From: Macrostomum hystrix
Taxonomy: Eukaryota; Animalia; Platyhelminthes
Assembly: GCA_950097015.1 (NCBI GenBank)
Contig: CATNEN010000038.1
Location: forward strand, 7,254,001 to 7,318,000
Length of the DNA: 64,000 nt
Direction: 5' to 3'
Positions 36,201 through 49,187 of the stretch are shown here, piece by piece. Every line of letters begins with the position of its first letter. Positions within the stretch are counted from its first letter, which is position 1. Made by a program: the position numbers and the translations under genes. The notes under the pieces are model-generated. The model was not told the DNA's origin. It saw nothing but the letters and a program-made list of their open reading frames with translations, and made no database searches.

Positions 36201-37977
36201 ACTTATAAGAAATACATTGCCCAGCTTGATAATGTATCTAAGTATTATTTTATTTAATTGTAATGTTGATTTGTTTTTGTCTGTTTAGGTAGGCCTACCT
36301 AAGGTGAAGGCCTACCAGAGTAAAAATGGGCAGGCTCTGTAGGGTGCAAGATACACAAAAAGCAAAAAGTCTATATTTCTATAACATTGTCCTTAAATTA
36401 ATATGAACTTACTATTAGTATAGGGTTAATAAGAAATTAGTAGCTATATAATCTAACATCAATTTGTTAATTAGCTACTTTTTGAACCTATAAGTCATGC
36501 TAATAGCCTAAGCCTACTAATGATACAAGTTAGGCCCTACCAAAAAATCAATACCACCAAATTGTAAATTAGAAAATAAACAAAAGCAAATGAAAACACA
36601 ATTGAAAGCAAAATATAAGAAAATAACATGTAGGCCAATGAAAAATATTTAAGATTTATTAAAAATGAAAATGAAGTACACATTTTGTTTCAGGGGCTTA
36701 ACTAATAATTAGGGCCTAGAATCTAACAAAATGTTGGTGAATTTTATTTAACAGCAAGACTTATTCATTTATCTATATTTTAGCTTTGCCAACATGGGTT
36801 TGAATTGAGGGTGATTGTAGGCCTATAGGCCTACTAAATTAATTTGGCATAAAGGCCATGATCTGGACTATAGTTGTGATAGGCCTAGAATTGTCAATAG
36901 CCCTAAAAGAAAATACATAGCAAACTAAATTAGCTATTTCAAGTTGTTCTACATTTGTACTTGGCTAGGCCTACTATGTTCCAGAGCCCTAAAGCATCTA
37001 ATTAAATCATTTGGCAATTAAACACTGTTATCTTTAGTATGGCAAATAGTCTACACAACTATAGGCCTAGGGTAACTTGTATATACTTTTAATAAACTTT
37101 TTATGCAAATCAGACAAAAAAGTATACTAGCCAACAACAATATACAACAAGCATAATTTAAAGGGCCTATTAAAATCTTGTGCACAATTATAATGTACTA
37201 TAATTTAAAAAGTTAGCTAGTTATAGATTATAAAAGCAAGGCAGGAAATTTTAGCTTAGTTTGGATAAAATTAAACATTTGCCTAACCTTAGCAATTATA
37301 AATATAAGCCGAGATTAGCTATGTCAACACTAAATGAATGAGATACTATACTAGATGTTAAAAAGAAAGTTTTATAATATTTTGGCTATTATTAATATTC
37401 GTTTTATTCGATATTACGAATTATTATTTTCTAATAAAAGTAATAAAAAAATTACAAGTATATGTGAGACTTGATAGCTAAGTGTTAAAAGTTTACAAAG
37501 GAAATTTCTATTTCTAGAAAGCCATGCACTGTAAATAGCTCGGCTAAGACAGCCTTTTTTAAATGGCATCATAATTCTAAGAATGATTCAATACGATTGA
37601 ATACGCGAAATTATTTGTAACTACTCTTAAGAAGCTACCAACTCTTCTATAAGATACAGCCGTTATGGGGCCGGCTCGTAGTAGTGCATGGTGCGGCAGC
37701 TTCGAGGAGGTGCCTATCGAGCTTCTCAGATCTCAGATAAACTTGTCTCTCAGAGCAACCTGCTTACTATACAGATGTAAAAAGGCACCACGGAGAGCTG
37801 CAGTGACCACTATTTGGGTACAGCCCCTGTGATGGTATCGCTGAGTGCAACCTATAGGCTGCGTACGGCTGCTCCAGTCTACGTACTGCACGGAACCCAC
37901 TCAAGGATCACTGTAGTATGCAACTAATAATTTTACTACAGTGGTCTTTGCACCCACTCTCAACAATTAGCTAACGC

Positions 37978-38345
37978 TGGAGTGAGTGGCAGAGCGGTTA
38001 AGGCGTTTGCCTCTTGCACCAAGGTTCCTGAGCTCGATTCCTCGGCGAGGCCACTTTCATTTGGCATTAGTGGCGCAGCTGCTAAGAGAACGCTTGGGGG
38101 CTTGTCGTGCAATATGAATTTACGCCTTTGGGGGCCAACCTCCAAGGCACAGTGAGTGTACACTGCCTGACGATGATAAAGTCAGGGCAGATGTACACAC
38201 CTGTGGGAGCGTATGCCTGCGTACGGTACCTGTGTGCGTATTTGCCCGGCGAAATGGGCAGAATTGCCTCCTCGCTGGCTGCTGGCTTTAGTAGTCACTA
38301 GACGACGCCCCATCGCCCACAGCCCTCCTGCAGTAATAATAGAAT
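37978..38345 (+). mobile_element. SINE family B near full-length copy
   Basis: GTGGCAGAGCGGTTAAGGCG head through CAGCCCTCCTGCAGTAATAAT tail. Confidence 0.85.
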
Positions 38346-38909
38346 ATAATTATAATAGAGTAAGAGTATGCCTGGCTATAGTCACAATATTTTCCAGTCA
38401 AGTCGGGATTTGAACCCCCGACCTCAGAAGAATGTGATTCAAAGCTGTTAATCATATAATTGTTGTTTCTGCTGCACTTGTCCTTGTCCTCTATTGTTGC
38501 CTAATTGATGAAGTGTCAATTAATCTGTCATAATGCTGCAGCTGCTCATGCAGGCCTGCAAGTACAGTGACTGAGACACAAGATGATAAGATATTTATCA
38601 ACAGCTAATCAATTATTTTCATGCACAGCTATTCAGGCCTGTGTTTAAACAGTGTATTGATATAATTTTAAGTAAAAGCATCAATATAAAACTGTGGCTC
38701 ATGCCTTCTGGACGGAGTCGGTCGCGAGCATGTGATAATGAGACAGGCGAATTTTGAGTAGAATAACTCGAATAATTTGGTGCAACCTTATCTTGGAACA
38801 ACAAAAAACCATTGGTGTAATATAGCAGGTGCAAAATTACTTGAGTAATTAAAAGTTTAACAACTGCTGCAGGTCGTTAATATATGGGAATGCTTCATGG
38901 TAAATCTCC

Positions 38910-39780
38910 GAAGGCTTCAGGGTTGATCTGAAAAGGCTTCAGGGTTGATCTGGGACGGCTTCAGGGTTGGTCTGAGATGGCTTCAGGGTTGGTCTGAGAT
39001 GGCTTCAGGGTTGGTCTGAGACGGCTTCAGGGTTGATCTGAGAAGGCTTCAGGGTTGGTCTGAGACGGCTTCAGGGTTGATCTGAGAATGCTTCGGGGTT
39101 GATCTGAGAAGGCTTCAGGGTGGATCTGAGAATGCTTCGGGGTTGATCTGAGAAGGCTTCAGGGTGGATCTGAGAATGCTTCAGGGTTGATCTGAGAAGG
39201 CTTCAGGGTTGATCTGAGAAGGCTTCAGGGTTGATCTGAGAAGGCTTCAGGGTGGATCTGAGAATGCTTCAGGGTTGATCTGAGAAGGCTTCAGGGTTGA
39301 TCTGAGAAGGCTTCAGGGTTGATCTGAGAAGGCTTCGGGGTTGATCTGAGAAGGCTTCAGGGTGGATCTGAGAAGGCTTCAGGGTTGATCTGAGAAGGCT
39401 TCAGGGTGGATCTGAGAATGCTTCGGGGTTGATCTGAGAAGGCTTCAGGGTGGATCTGAGAAGGCTTCAGGGTTGATCTGAGAAGGCTTCAGGGTTGATC
39501 TGAGAAGGCTTCAGGGTTGATCTGAGAATGCTTCAGGGTTGTTTGAGAAGGCTTTAGGGTTGATCTGAGAAGGCTTCAGGGTTGATCTGAGAAGGCTTCA
39601 GGGTGGATCTGAGAATTCTTCAGGGTTGATTTGAGAAGGCTTCAGGTTTGATCATAGAATGCTTCAGGGTTGATCTGAGAATGCTTCAGGGTGGATCTGA
39701 GAATGCTTCAGGGTGGATCTGAGAATGCTTCAGGGTTGATTTAATAATGTTTCAGGGTTGATCTGAGAAGGCTTCAGAGG
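38910..39780. repeat. 22-bp minisatellite (GAAGGCTTCAGGGTTGATCTGA)
   Basis: About 39 units. Confidence 0.96.
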
Positions 39781-39931
39781 TCTGAGGTTTCTGGAAAAAA
39801 AGTCGCAAATGTTATCTTTACGACTTTAAGGAAGAAAAACCAGAGCTATGTTTATTAGCAACCCTATGTAGTAGATAATGTCCAGCAAGATTTCACACCG
39901 ATAAGCATCTTCAAACTAAACCCCAGCGAGG

Positions 39932-41715
39932 TCATTTCGGGCCCCATTTGATGTCCGACATGCCGTGGAAGGCCCTGCGCAGCTGCTGGCTGTCCGCCCA
40001 CTCGCTGTCCATGTAGGAATCATCGCGACTCTCTTCCAGCTTCTTGGCCTCCTGCTGCTTGCGATAATAGAATGCCATCATCTCCTTCTGCTCCTGCTCG
40101 GACACCACTGGCTCGCGTGCCGGTGGCCCCTGGCCGCGCTTGGCCAGTTTCACAATGGCCTTGCACTTCTCGTTGCGGCCGAGGTAGTCGCTGAGGAGCT
40201 TGCCCGGCTGCATTTCCTTGCCGGAAAACCAGGCGGCCGCATCCCCGGGTGGAATCACCTCCAAACTGGCCTGGATAGGTCAAGAGAAACAGACGACTCA
40301 GAGAGTATGGCTCATAGGCCGAATGGGTAGTGGTTTGCTCAAACAGGTCAGTGAGACTACTGGTCAATTGAGTGGGTCAGTGGGTCAACTGGTCGGTTAA
40401 GGGGATCAGTGGGTCAACTGGTCGATTGAGTGGGTCAGTGGGTCAACTGGTCGATTGAGTGGGTCAGTGGGTCAACTGGTCGATTGAGTGGGTCAGTGGG
40501 TCAACTGGTCGATTGAGTGGGTCAACTGGTCGGTTAAGGGGGTCAGTGGGTCAACTGGTCGATTGAGTGGGTCAGTGGGTCAACTGGTCGATTAAGTGGG
40601 TCACTAGGTCAAGAGGCTGGTCCACCTTGGTCAGCGGGCCAGCCAGTGCAGATTGAATCCTGGCTGACCAAATCTCACCTGAGTACCCGTGAGATCCTCC
40701 TCATTTTGCAGCTCCATTCTGATTGGCTCGTGCGGCGGCAGACCCATCGGGTAGGCGATGGTGACCGCGCCACTGAGGATCTGAAGGGCCTCGCCGATGC
40801 GGGCCATGTCCAGGCACTGGCCTGCGGTCACAAGCTCCTTGGCGATCATCTGCCGGGCCTCCTTGCGCGTCTTGGCGAGCACCTACATCGGCCGGGAAAC
40901 TTCAGTGCCAAACAGTCTGATCCCATAGCTGTCATCCCAAACAGTCTGATCCCATAGCTGTCATCCCAAACAGTCTGATCCCATAGCTGTCATCCCAAAC
41001 AGTCTGATCCCATAGCTGTCATCCCAAACAGTCTGATCCCATAGCTGTCATCCCAAACAGTCTGATCCCATAGCTGTCATCCCAAACAGTCTGATCCCAT
41101 AGCTGTCATCCCAAACAGTCTGATCCCATAGCTGTCATCCCAAACAGTCTGATCCCATAGCTGTCATCCCAAACAGTCTGATCCCATAGCTGTCATCCCA
41201 AACAGTCTGATCCCATAGCTGTTATCCCAAACAGTCTGATCCCATAGCTGTCATCCCAAACAGTCTGATCCCATAGCTGTCATCCCAAACAGTCTGATCC
41301 CATAGCTGTCATCCCAAACAGTCTGATCCCATAGCTGTCATCCCAAACAGTCTGATCCCATAGCTGTCATCCCACCAGTCCAGACCTGCGCGATGGCCTC
41401 GGTAGGCGCCCGTCCATTCCGTCGTCCAATGGGATCGCGGCACTCGATGAAGCCGCCACTGGGGACACACTTGTCGCCCCACTCGTCACGCAGCTTCAGG
41501 TCGGCAACCTGATCGTCCGTGAGGCCCTGCATGTTGGGCGGCAGAGTCAGGCCGTGCTTCTCCAGCTCGCTAATTTCGTCGCAAATTCGGCCAATTTTCA
41601 GGCGGCCATTGTAAACCTGAACAGCCTGAGCTACAAACGCCTCCACTGGCTGAGTGACAGAGCTGTCAATCAGGAACTGACTCTGGTCGCCTTTTTTTAT
41701 GTGAATCACGACCAT
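39932..41715 (-). CDS. CFAP298: Cilia- and flagella-associated protein 298 (C21orf59/Kurly)
   Basis: Exons 41715-41386, 40882-40679, 40270-39932; motifs MVVIHIKKGDQSQFL, LPPNMQGLTDDQ, IGRRNGRAP, AYPMGLPPHEPIR, GRNEKCKAIVKL, GPPAREP, IKWGPK. Confidence 0.95.
40360..40605. repeat. About 29-bp minisatellite in CFAP298 intron 2
   Basis: GATTGAGTGGGTCAGTGGGTCAACTGGTC units. Confidence 0.9.
40907..41373. repeat. 29-bp minisatellite filling almost all of CFAP298 intron 1
   Basis: About 16 units CCAAACAGTCTGATCCCATAGCTGTCATC. Confidence 0.96.
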
Positions 41716-44019
41716 GATAGTGCAAAGGCTGAGGGACTTTAACAGTTTTATTCTGTTTAATATAACAAAAGCAGCAAATACTAGGCAGTACAAAAATTTC
41801 ATTTCTTAATTAATATAAAATGTCATAAAGATTAGCTTTAACACATAAGCATTTTTACAGCTAGTTAGAAAAAGAATATAATGATTTAATAACTAAATTT
41901 ATAAAGCGGTGCTTAAAAATCAATAGTGAATCAATGTATTAAAGTAAACCATATTTATGTTTAAAAAACAAAAGAAAATGGTAGGCATGCCCTGTGAGTG
42001 GCTAAATAAATTAGGTAGAAATTGCTAAAAAAAGTCACAGAATGGAATCTTAAAATGCTAGTCAGATTTAAGTAGTAATAAAACGATTTTATACAGCTTT
42101 ATATTTTAGAACAGGAATAGTTATTACCAGTCATATCAATCACTAACTATGTTATTTTATTAAATTTTAATAAAATACAATGCATTAAGAAACCAAACCA
42201 ACAAAGATAGAAAAAACAAAGCACCACAACATCAAATGAACTGCAAATGGCAGCAATAAATATATTATTTTATACAAATATATTCCTTGTAATATTTATT
42301 GCCAAAACTGAGCTATAAAAAATAATAATATAACACATTTGTCTATTTATGGTGTTTGTGTTAAAATAGTTTTAGTTTTCAATTTTTAATAATATAAAGT
42401 GAATAGTAGCTAGCTACTAAATAGAAACTATCATCTATCTTCTCAGTGACAGTTACTGAGCTAGCCATCAATAAATTAAATAACAAGAAAGCATTTAATT
42501 TGGTGTTTGTTTAACTAACACTACACTACTAACCACCCTAGGCACAGTAGAATTTTTTGTAAACCTCAACATTAAAAAATACATTAGATACAATTACAAT
42601 ACATGAAATGAAAAAGGTTCAATTATTTGCCACCAAAGAGCTATTAAATTATTAATATACACCTTAACTCATAAGTATACTTGATTTTGTAGATAGAAAG
42701 TGGTCCTGTAATTTTTATGTTGTAGTCCTTCCCTATATTGGTTAGCAAACAAATAAAGAATTTGAGAAATTTCGTTACCTACGTTTTATTTTATTGAACG
42801 TATTTAATTTTAATTTATTGACATTTGTGACATTTGTAAAATCTGTTGCATACAGAAAAGCGGGCGGATTCGACTGTGTGGAATAAACCTACAATATAAT
42901 ATTAAATGTACGGTTAGTTATGACTTGAAATGGTATGGGTAAGATATGAAATTGCTAAATATGATGATAAAATAAAAGGTACGCGAAGCATGCCTACTTT
43001 TTCAGTCACATACAAAATTGCACAAGACAATAACAGCTGTAAGTTCTCTAATACCAATACTTCGGGCCAATCATAGAAAATAGCTAATTTAAAAATGTAT
43101 GAAATTGTTTTCATAGAGAAAAATATCAAACAATAATGTGGATATTATGTGCAGTTTTAAATTACCATTACTTGTTTTTTGTTTGTAAAAGCATACTAAT
43201 CAAACACAGGTAGTTTATGCTACATTTTTACTTTCCCATTTTTGTTATTCTGTTACCAATCTCTAATACCGCAAATGAGAGGCAATTTAGGAGTCGATCA
43301 CAATACTCTTGACGCAAGTTCATTAAAAAGTAGCAGAAGAAAGCCACTGAAAGAAAATATAAAACTATAATATATTTTCTAAACTATAGCTTACCGGTGG
43401 CGTTGATTTCATGCATGGGACATAGTCTTGTATTTGACCTTGCGAGCGCTTTTAACTGAACTTAACTGAACTTAACTTAACTGAAATCAGTGAGAAACGT
43501 ATTTATTTATCACTTAGTCGTGAGCGGCAAAGAGGTAAAGAGAAAAAATTCGCCCTAAAAACTGCCAAAAGAAGACACGCAGCAATAGGTCTCTTTGCAT
43601 GGCGTTCTATATTTTTCCGTCGTTTAGTGTCTCAAGTTATATTATAAGGCGAGGAGCTTAATTAAAACCCATCGTTCTTAGTTAATTAATCAATCCAAAC
43701 TTTTGAGCCAAAGTTATCCAAACCAAGAACCACTAGGAGTAATCCTAGTGGCCCTTGTTTCAAACTTGTTTGAATCTGTAAGAAGCGAGTTCGAATCTGT
43801 TAGACTCGAGTCAGAATCTGTTAGACACGAGTTAGAATTTATCTGTTAATTAATATAGACACATTTTTTGTTTTAATTTTTTAGATACGCACGTAATGCG
43901 AATATGGTGCCCTGCATCTATTACTGCAAAAAATTGGGCAGCATTTTCGGCAGCGTTTTTGGCCACAATTTTGGTACGAAGCGGCGAAATTCGGACCCTA
44001 TCCTGACAGTGCAAAAAAC

Positions 44020-44160
44020 AGCCGATAAAGCAGCGAATGTCACATAAACTGTGCGGATCATCAGCCGAAAAAGCAGCGAATGTCACATAAACTGTGCGGA
44101 ATCAGCCGAAAAAGCAGCGAATTTCACATAAACTGTGCGGAATCAGCCGAAAAAGCAGCT
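44020..44160. repeat. About 41-bp tandem repeat (3-4 units)
   Basis: AGCCGAAAAAGCAGCGAATGTCACATAAACTGTGCGGAATC. Confidence 0.88.
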
Positions 44161-44277
44161 TGAAGTTCAAGAAATTCAAGATTTGCTGCTTTCTTATCGA
44201 TTTTTCTTGCAATTGAAGCACCCCGATTCGCTGCTTCTTAGCGATGCCTATTGCTCAGGAAGCACCTCAATTCGCTA

Positions 44278-44810
44278 CCATCATTATCATCGCCTCCTCC
44301 ATCTTCATTGCCTCCCCATCATCATCGCCTCCACCATCATCATCGCCTCCACCATCATCTCATCGCCTCCATCTTTATCATCGCCTCCACCATCATCATC
44401 GCCCCACCATCATCATCGCCTCCATCTTTATCATCGCCTCCACCATCATCATCGCCTCCACCATCATCATCGCCTCCATCTTTATCATCGCCTCCACCAT
44501 CATCATCGCCTCCACCATCATCATCGCCTCCATCTTTATCATCGCCTCCACCATCATCATCGCCCCCACCATCATCATCGCCTCCATCTTTATCATCGCC
44601 TCCACCATCATCATCGCCTCCACCATCATCATCGCCTCCACCATCATCATCGCCTCCATCTTTATCATCGCCTCCACCATCATCATCGCCTCCACCATCA
44701 TCATCGCCTCCACCATCATCATCGCCTCCACCATCATCTCATCGCCTCCATCTTTATCATCGCCTCCACCATCATCATCGCCCCCACCATCATCATCGCC
44801 TCCATCTTTA
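44278..44810. repeat. 18-bp minisatellite (CATCATCATCGCCTCCAC and variants)
   Basis: Visible periodicity. Confidence 0.95.
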
Positions 44811-45549
44811 TGGAGATTTATATTTCCAGAAGCTGCATCGATGCTTCAGGGCTGAAGCAGTCGAAAAAGCAGCCCATTTTTGCGGGTTTGAATTCGTAAA
44901 GAACAACAATACTAGATTCACTAGGTAGAGAAGATTTGGATTCAGCCCATATACAGTACTTGTACTAGCCATTGTGTACAAATGACGAATTCGATAAAAA
45001 TGGGCGAGAAAACTCGTTGGATTTCAAGAACACAAATTTGGTCCGCCCGAGCCATGTCAGTATATTTGCTAAGCAAGCCTGCAATCTTATCAAACAGCAA
45101 GCAGCCAATACTCGTATGACAATATTTTATTCAGCTGTGTCTAGACCCACCGATGCGATAAAAATTCTTTTGTTTGCCGGGTCACGGTTGATCCGGCGAA
45201 TGGCAACGAAAGCTTCGGGATGCCCGTCGGTGCCTGCACGGTCTATTCAACTAGCAAGTGTTGCAGTGGCACATTTTGCATCCAGGCACTCGACTCTAAG
45301 TGAAAAGTGTGCTCACTCTGCAACCGATCAGCTGCATCGCAAACTGCCTGACAGTGGGTTGGACACGGTTTCCTGGGCCAGGATAATTTATCCACACCAA
45401 TGCTTGCGCAGCTCCTAGTTTGTATATATTCTATTCTTTTCTCTCCTTCCTTTCAATCTCTACACATTTCAGCTATTTTTTCACTTTGAGAGCCTCTTCT
45501 GATTAGCCTGGCAGCCGACCACACTGCCATGTCTGCATCCGAGCTGATG

Positions 45550-45556
45550 TATAAAA
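45550..45556 (+). promoter_or_regulatory. Candidate TATA box of the neuropeptide gene
   Basis: TATAAAA about 110 bp upstream of a strong GTGAGT donor at 45665, consistent with a short non-coding first exon. Confidence 0.5.
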
Positions 45557-45673
45557 GCTGTGCCACTACTAAATAACACTGGTCGCTTCACCTCCTGCAG
45601 CCAACCAACAGCGAAACACTTGGAATTTAAATTAAAATATCTGGTCGTTTATTAAATAAACTATGTGAGTACC

Positions 45674-46122
<449 letters not shown>

Positions 46123-46164
46123 GTTGATTGACAAGCGGATCTCGCACAATCTCCGCCCCCAAGG

Positions 46165-46512
46165 ATGCCCGGCAGCAACCAGATGCGCTCAGCCACCTTC
46201 CTGACCGTCTCCCTGGCGATCCTCGTCGCCTTCGCATCCGTCGCGACGACTGCTGAGGCACGGCCGTCTTCCATTGCGACTGAGGCCGTGGCCAGTCAGC
46301 GTCGAGCTCGACAGTCCGAGGAACTTCTCCTGGGCCGCTTGCGTTCCGCTCTGGCCGCTGCGGCCGCCGCCACAGAGGCCGCTGACGCTGCGGAAGCCGC
46401 CGAGCATGACGCCGGCGCGGCCGCAGCCGTGGAAGAGTCTGAAGCCGAGTTCGCGGCTGGCAAGCGGGGCTTCAGGAACAGCCTGCGATTCGCCTCCAAC
46501 TATGGCAAATAA
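46165..46512 (+). CDS. Neuropeptide precursor yielding GFRNSLRFASNY-amide (allatotropin-like)
   Basis: Signal peptide, RRAR site, acidic Ala-rich spacer, KR site, C-terminal peptide ending G-K-stop (amidation signal). Confidence 0.85.
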   Translation: MPGSNQMRSATFLTVSLAILVAFASVATTAEARPSSIATEAVASQRRARQSEELLLGRLRSALAAAAAATEAADAAEAAEHDAGAAAAVEESEAEFAAGKRGFRNSLRFASNYGK

Positions 46513-46523
46513 CCAAGGTTCAG

Positions 46524-47580
46524 GTGAGAATGGGATCTCTGAGAATGGGATCTCTGAGAATGGGATCTCTGAGAATGGGATCTCTGAGAATGGGATCTCT
46601 GAGAATGGGATCTCTGAGAATGGGATCTCTGAGAATGGGATCTCTGAGAATGGGATCTCTGAGAATGGGATCTCTGAGAATGGGATCTCTGAGAATGGGA
46701 TCTCTGAGAATGGGATCTCTGAGAATGGGATCTCTGAGAATGGGATCTCTGAGAATGGGATCTCTGAGAATGGGATCTCTGAGAATGGGATCTCTGAGAA
46801 TGGGATCTCTGAGAATGGGATCTCTGAGAATGGGATCTCTGAGAATGGGATCTCTGAGAATGGGATCTCTGAGAATGGGATCTCTGAGAATGGGATCTCT
46901 GAGAATGGGATCTCTGAGAATGGGATCTCCGAGAATGGGATCTGTGAGAATGGGATCTCTGAGAATCGGATCTCTGAGAATGGGATCTCTTAGAATGGGA
47001 TCTCTGAGAATGGGATCTCTGAGAATGGGATCTCTGAGAATGGGATTTTTGAGAATAGATCTCTGAGAATGGGATCTCTGAGAATGGGATCTCTGAGAAT
47101 GGGATCTCTGAGAATGGGATCTCTGAGAATGGGATCTCTGAGAATGGGATCTCTGAGAATAGGATCTCTGAGAATGGGATCTCTGAGAATAGGATCTCTG
47201 AGAATGGGATCTCTGAGAATGGGATCTCTGAGAATGGGATCTCTGCGAATGTTATTTTTGAGAATGGGATTTTTGAGAATAGATCTCTGAGAATGCTATC
47301 TCTGAGAAGGCTATCTTTGAGAATGGGATCTCTGAGAATGGGATCTCTGAGAATGGGATCTCTGAGAACGATTCATGCTATTGGGATTCATGAAAATGTG
47401 ATTTATTAGAATGGGATTGCTGAGAAAGTGATCTGTCAGAATGGGATCCCAGTGAATGGGATTTGCAAGAATGGGATTTCAGATAATATCCTAAGAATGC
47501 CATTTTCAAAGCTGGAACTGATAATGGATGGGATTTCTGAATAATGGGACATCTTTTCGCGATTTTCAAGTGTGGGATTT
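46524..47580. repeat. 15-bp minisatellite (GAGAATGGGATCTCT), degenerating at the 3' end
   Basis: More than 55 units beginning at a CAG|GTGAGA donor-like site. Confidence 0.96.
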
Positions 47581-48254
47581 CTAATGCATTGAGGTTTGCA
47601 AAGGATGAGGTAAAAACGGTTTCTTAGAATCGCCTTTTGTTTTCGATATGTTTTTTGCATTCTGCCTTCTAAATCACAATTTCTCGAGGTCTTTGCTTCC
47701 TGAAAGCTGTGAAATGCGGGTGCATTGTCACTCGACCAGAAATCTATATGCTAAGTGGTTTGAACCTAGCACAATGGCTTTAAATATACAACAATAAACA
47801 GCCGTATTTTTAGGAAGTTGGCATGCGAGTTGATCACCTCATCAGCGAGAATTTGAGCATCTCTACTGCAAGCTGACAATTATTACCGAACCTGCTTAAC
47901 ACCACACTAGTTGGCTTATTGATAAAAAATAAAAGCTTGTCAAAACAAAACTTCTGAAAGCAGATTCTACAAGGCAATAGTTCCAATGCCAGGCAATGAT
48001 TTGCTTTACCTACCTTATTCTATTTATTTTGCCTTTCTCATTTGAAAGCTTTGATCAGATTTATTGTTAACAGTTTACACGCACCTGAATTTGATGCTAA
48101 ACTCATTCAATGCAATGTGTGCAGAATTCGTAATTTAGTACATTGCAGATGACAGCTCGAGTTATTATCTAGTTCTAACCTGAACCCCAGCCCCTTAAAC
48201 GGTAGAAAAAACACAATAAATCAATAATACAACCTCCCTTAGACTGTCGTGTCA

Positions 48255-48530
48255 GAACGTCGGACTCACGAATTGAAGGTCGGGGGTTCGTTTCCCGACT
48301 CCACTGGAACAATTTGTGTCATTTAGCAAGACACTAAAGTCTGCAATGCTTTGGTTCACCCAGCTGTTAAATGGGTACCAGCATTAGCTGGGATAATTGA
48401 AGGTGGGTGTGGCGTCCCCCCAGTCCATGGACTGAACAGCCGTACGCAGTCTTCAGATGCGCCGCGCAATAGCTGCGGCTGTGCTGCCGGCTGCGCATCT
48501 GGCGCCATTAGAGCCAGTGTAATAATAAAA
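48255..48530 (+). mobile_element. SINE family A copy
   Basis: Close match to 1320-1600. Confidence 0.9.
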
Positions 48531-49187
48531 ATATAACAAAAATTTAGTACTGATGTACTCGTATTGTGATTCTGGAAGTTGTTTTATACGTATACAGCGG
48601 AAAATTTAAGCACTTATTCAGTATTTTAATACTGATAGGTAGAATTTTTTAGGAAATTTAGTGTTCATATCTTCATATGTTTATTAACTGACGTTGTAAA
48701 GTCTGTTGGTTGTAAAAAATTGATTGCATGCATACTTCACCATAAAATCCTATCTACTTTAAATTGACTAAAAATGTAAGGCTTTTTTTCCAGCCTGACA
48801 GTCGCTGGAAACGTTCTAAATTAGGTTTAGAAGCCATGAGTAGCCAGTAGCAGAAAAAATTAGATTGCTTTCATTTCAAATGAAATAATACACTTCATTT
48901 AACCAAAAGCTGACTGAACAGAAAGCTTTCTTCTGACAATGCCTATTATAAATATTCACAGAAATGAATAACAATAATATAACCATTGTAAATCATTATC
49001 CTGCTTTGCAATTGCTTCGCAAAATTTGGTTTTAGAAAAAAAAGACACGCGAACCTCCTTGCCTAGCTTTTGGCTTGGCAGAATTCAAAGCACACAATAA
49101 CTATTAGTAAACCAAGCATTTAATAGGACCAAGGAAAAAGGAATATGAAAATTCCTCAGCTTCGACTGCTAAAAAATGATTTGTATC

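Noticed and set aside
44135-44928. His-rich or extensin-like (SSPPP) proteins
   Set aside because: All frames open because of an 18-bp satellite; no signal peptide or gene structure
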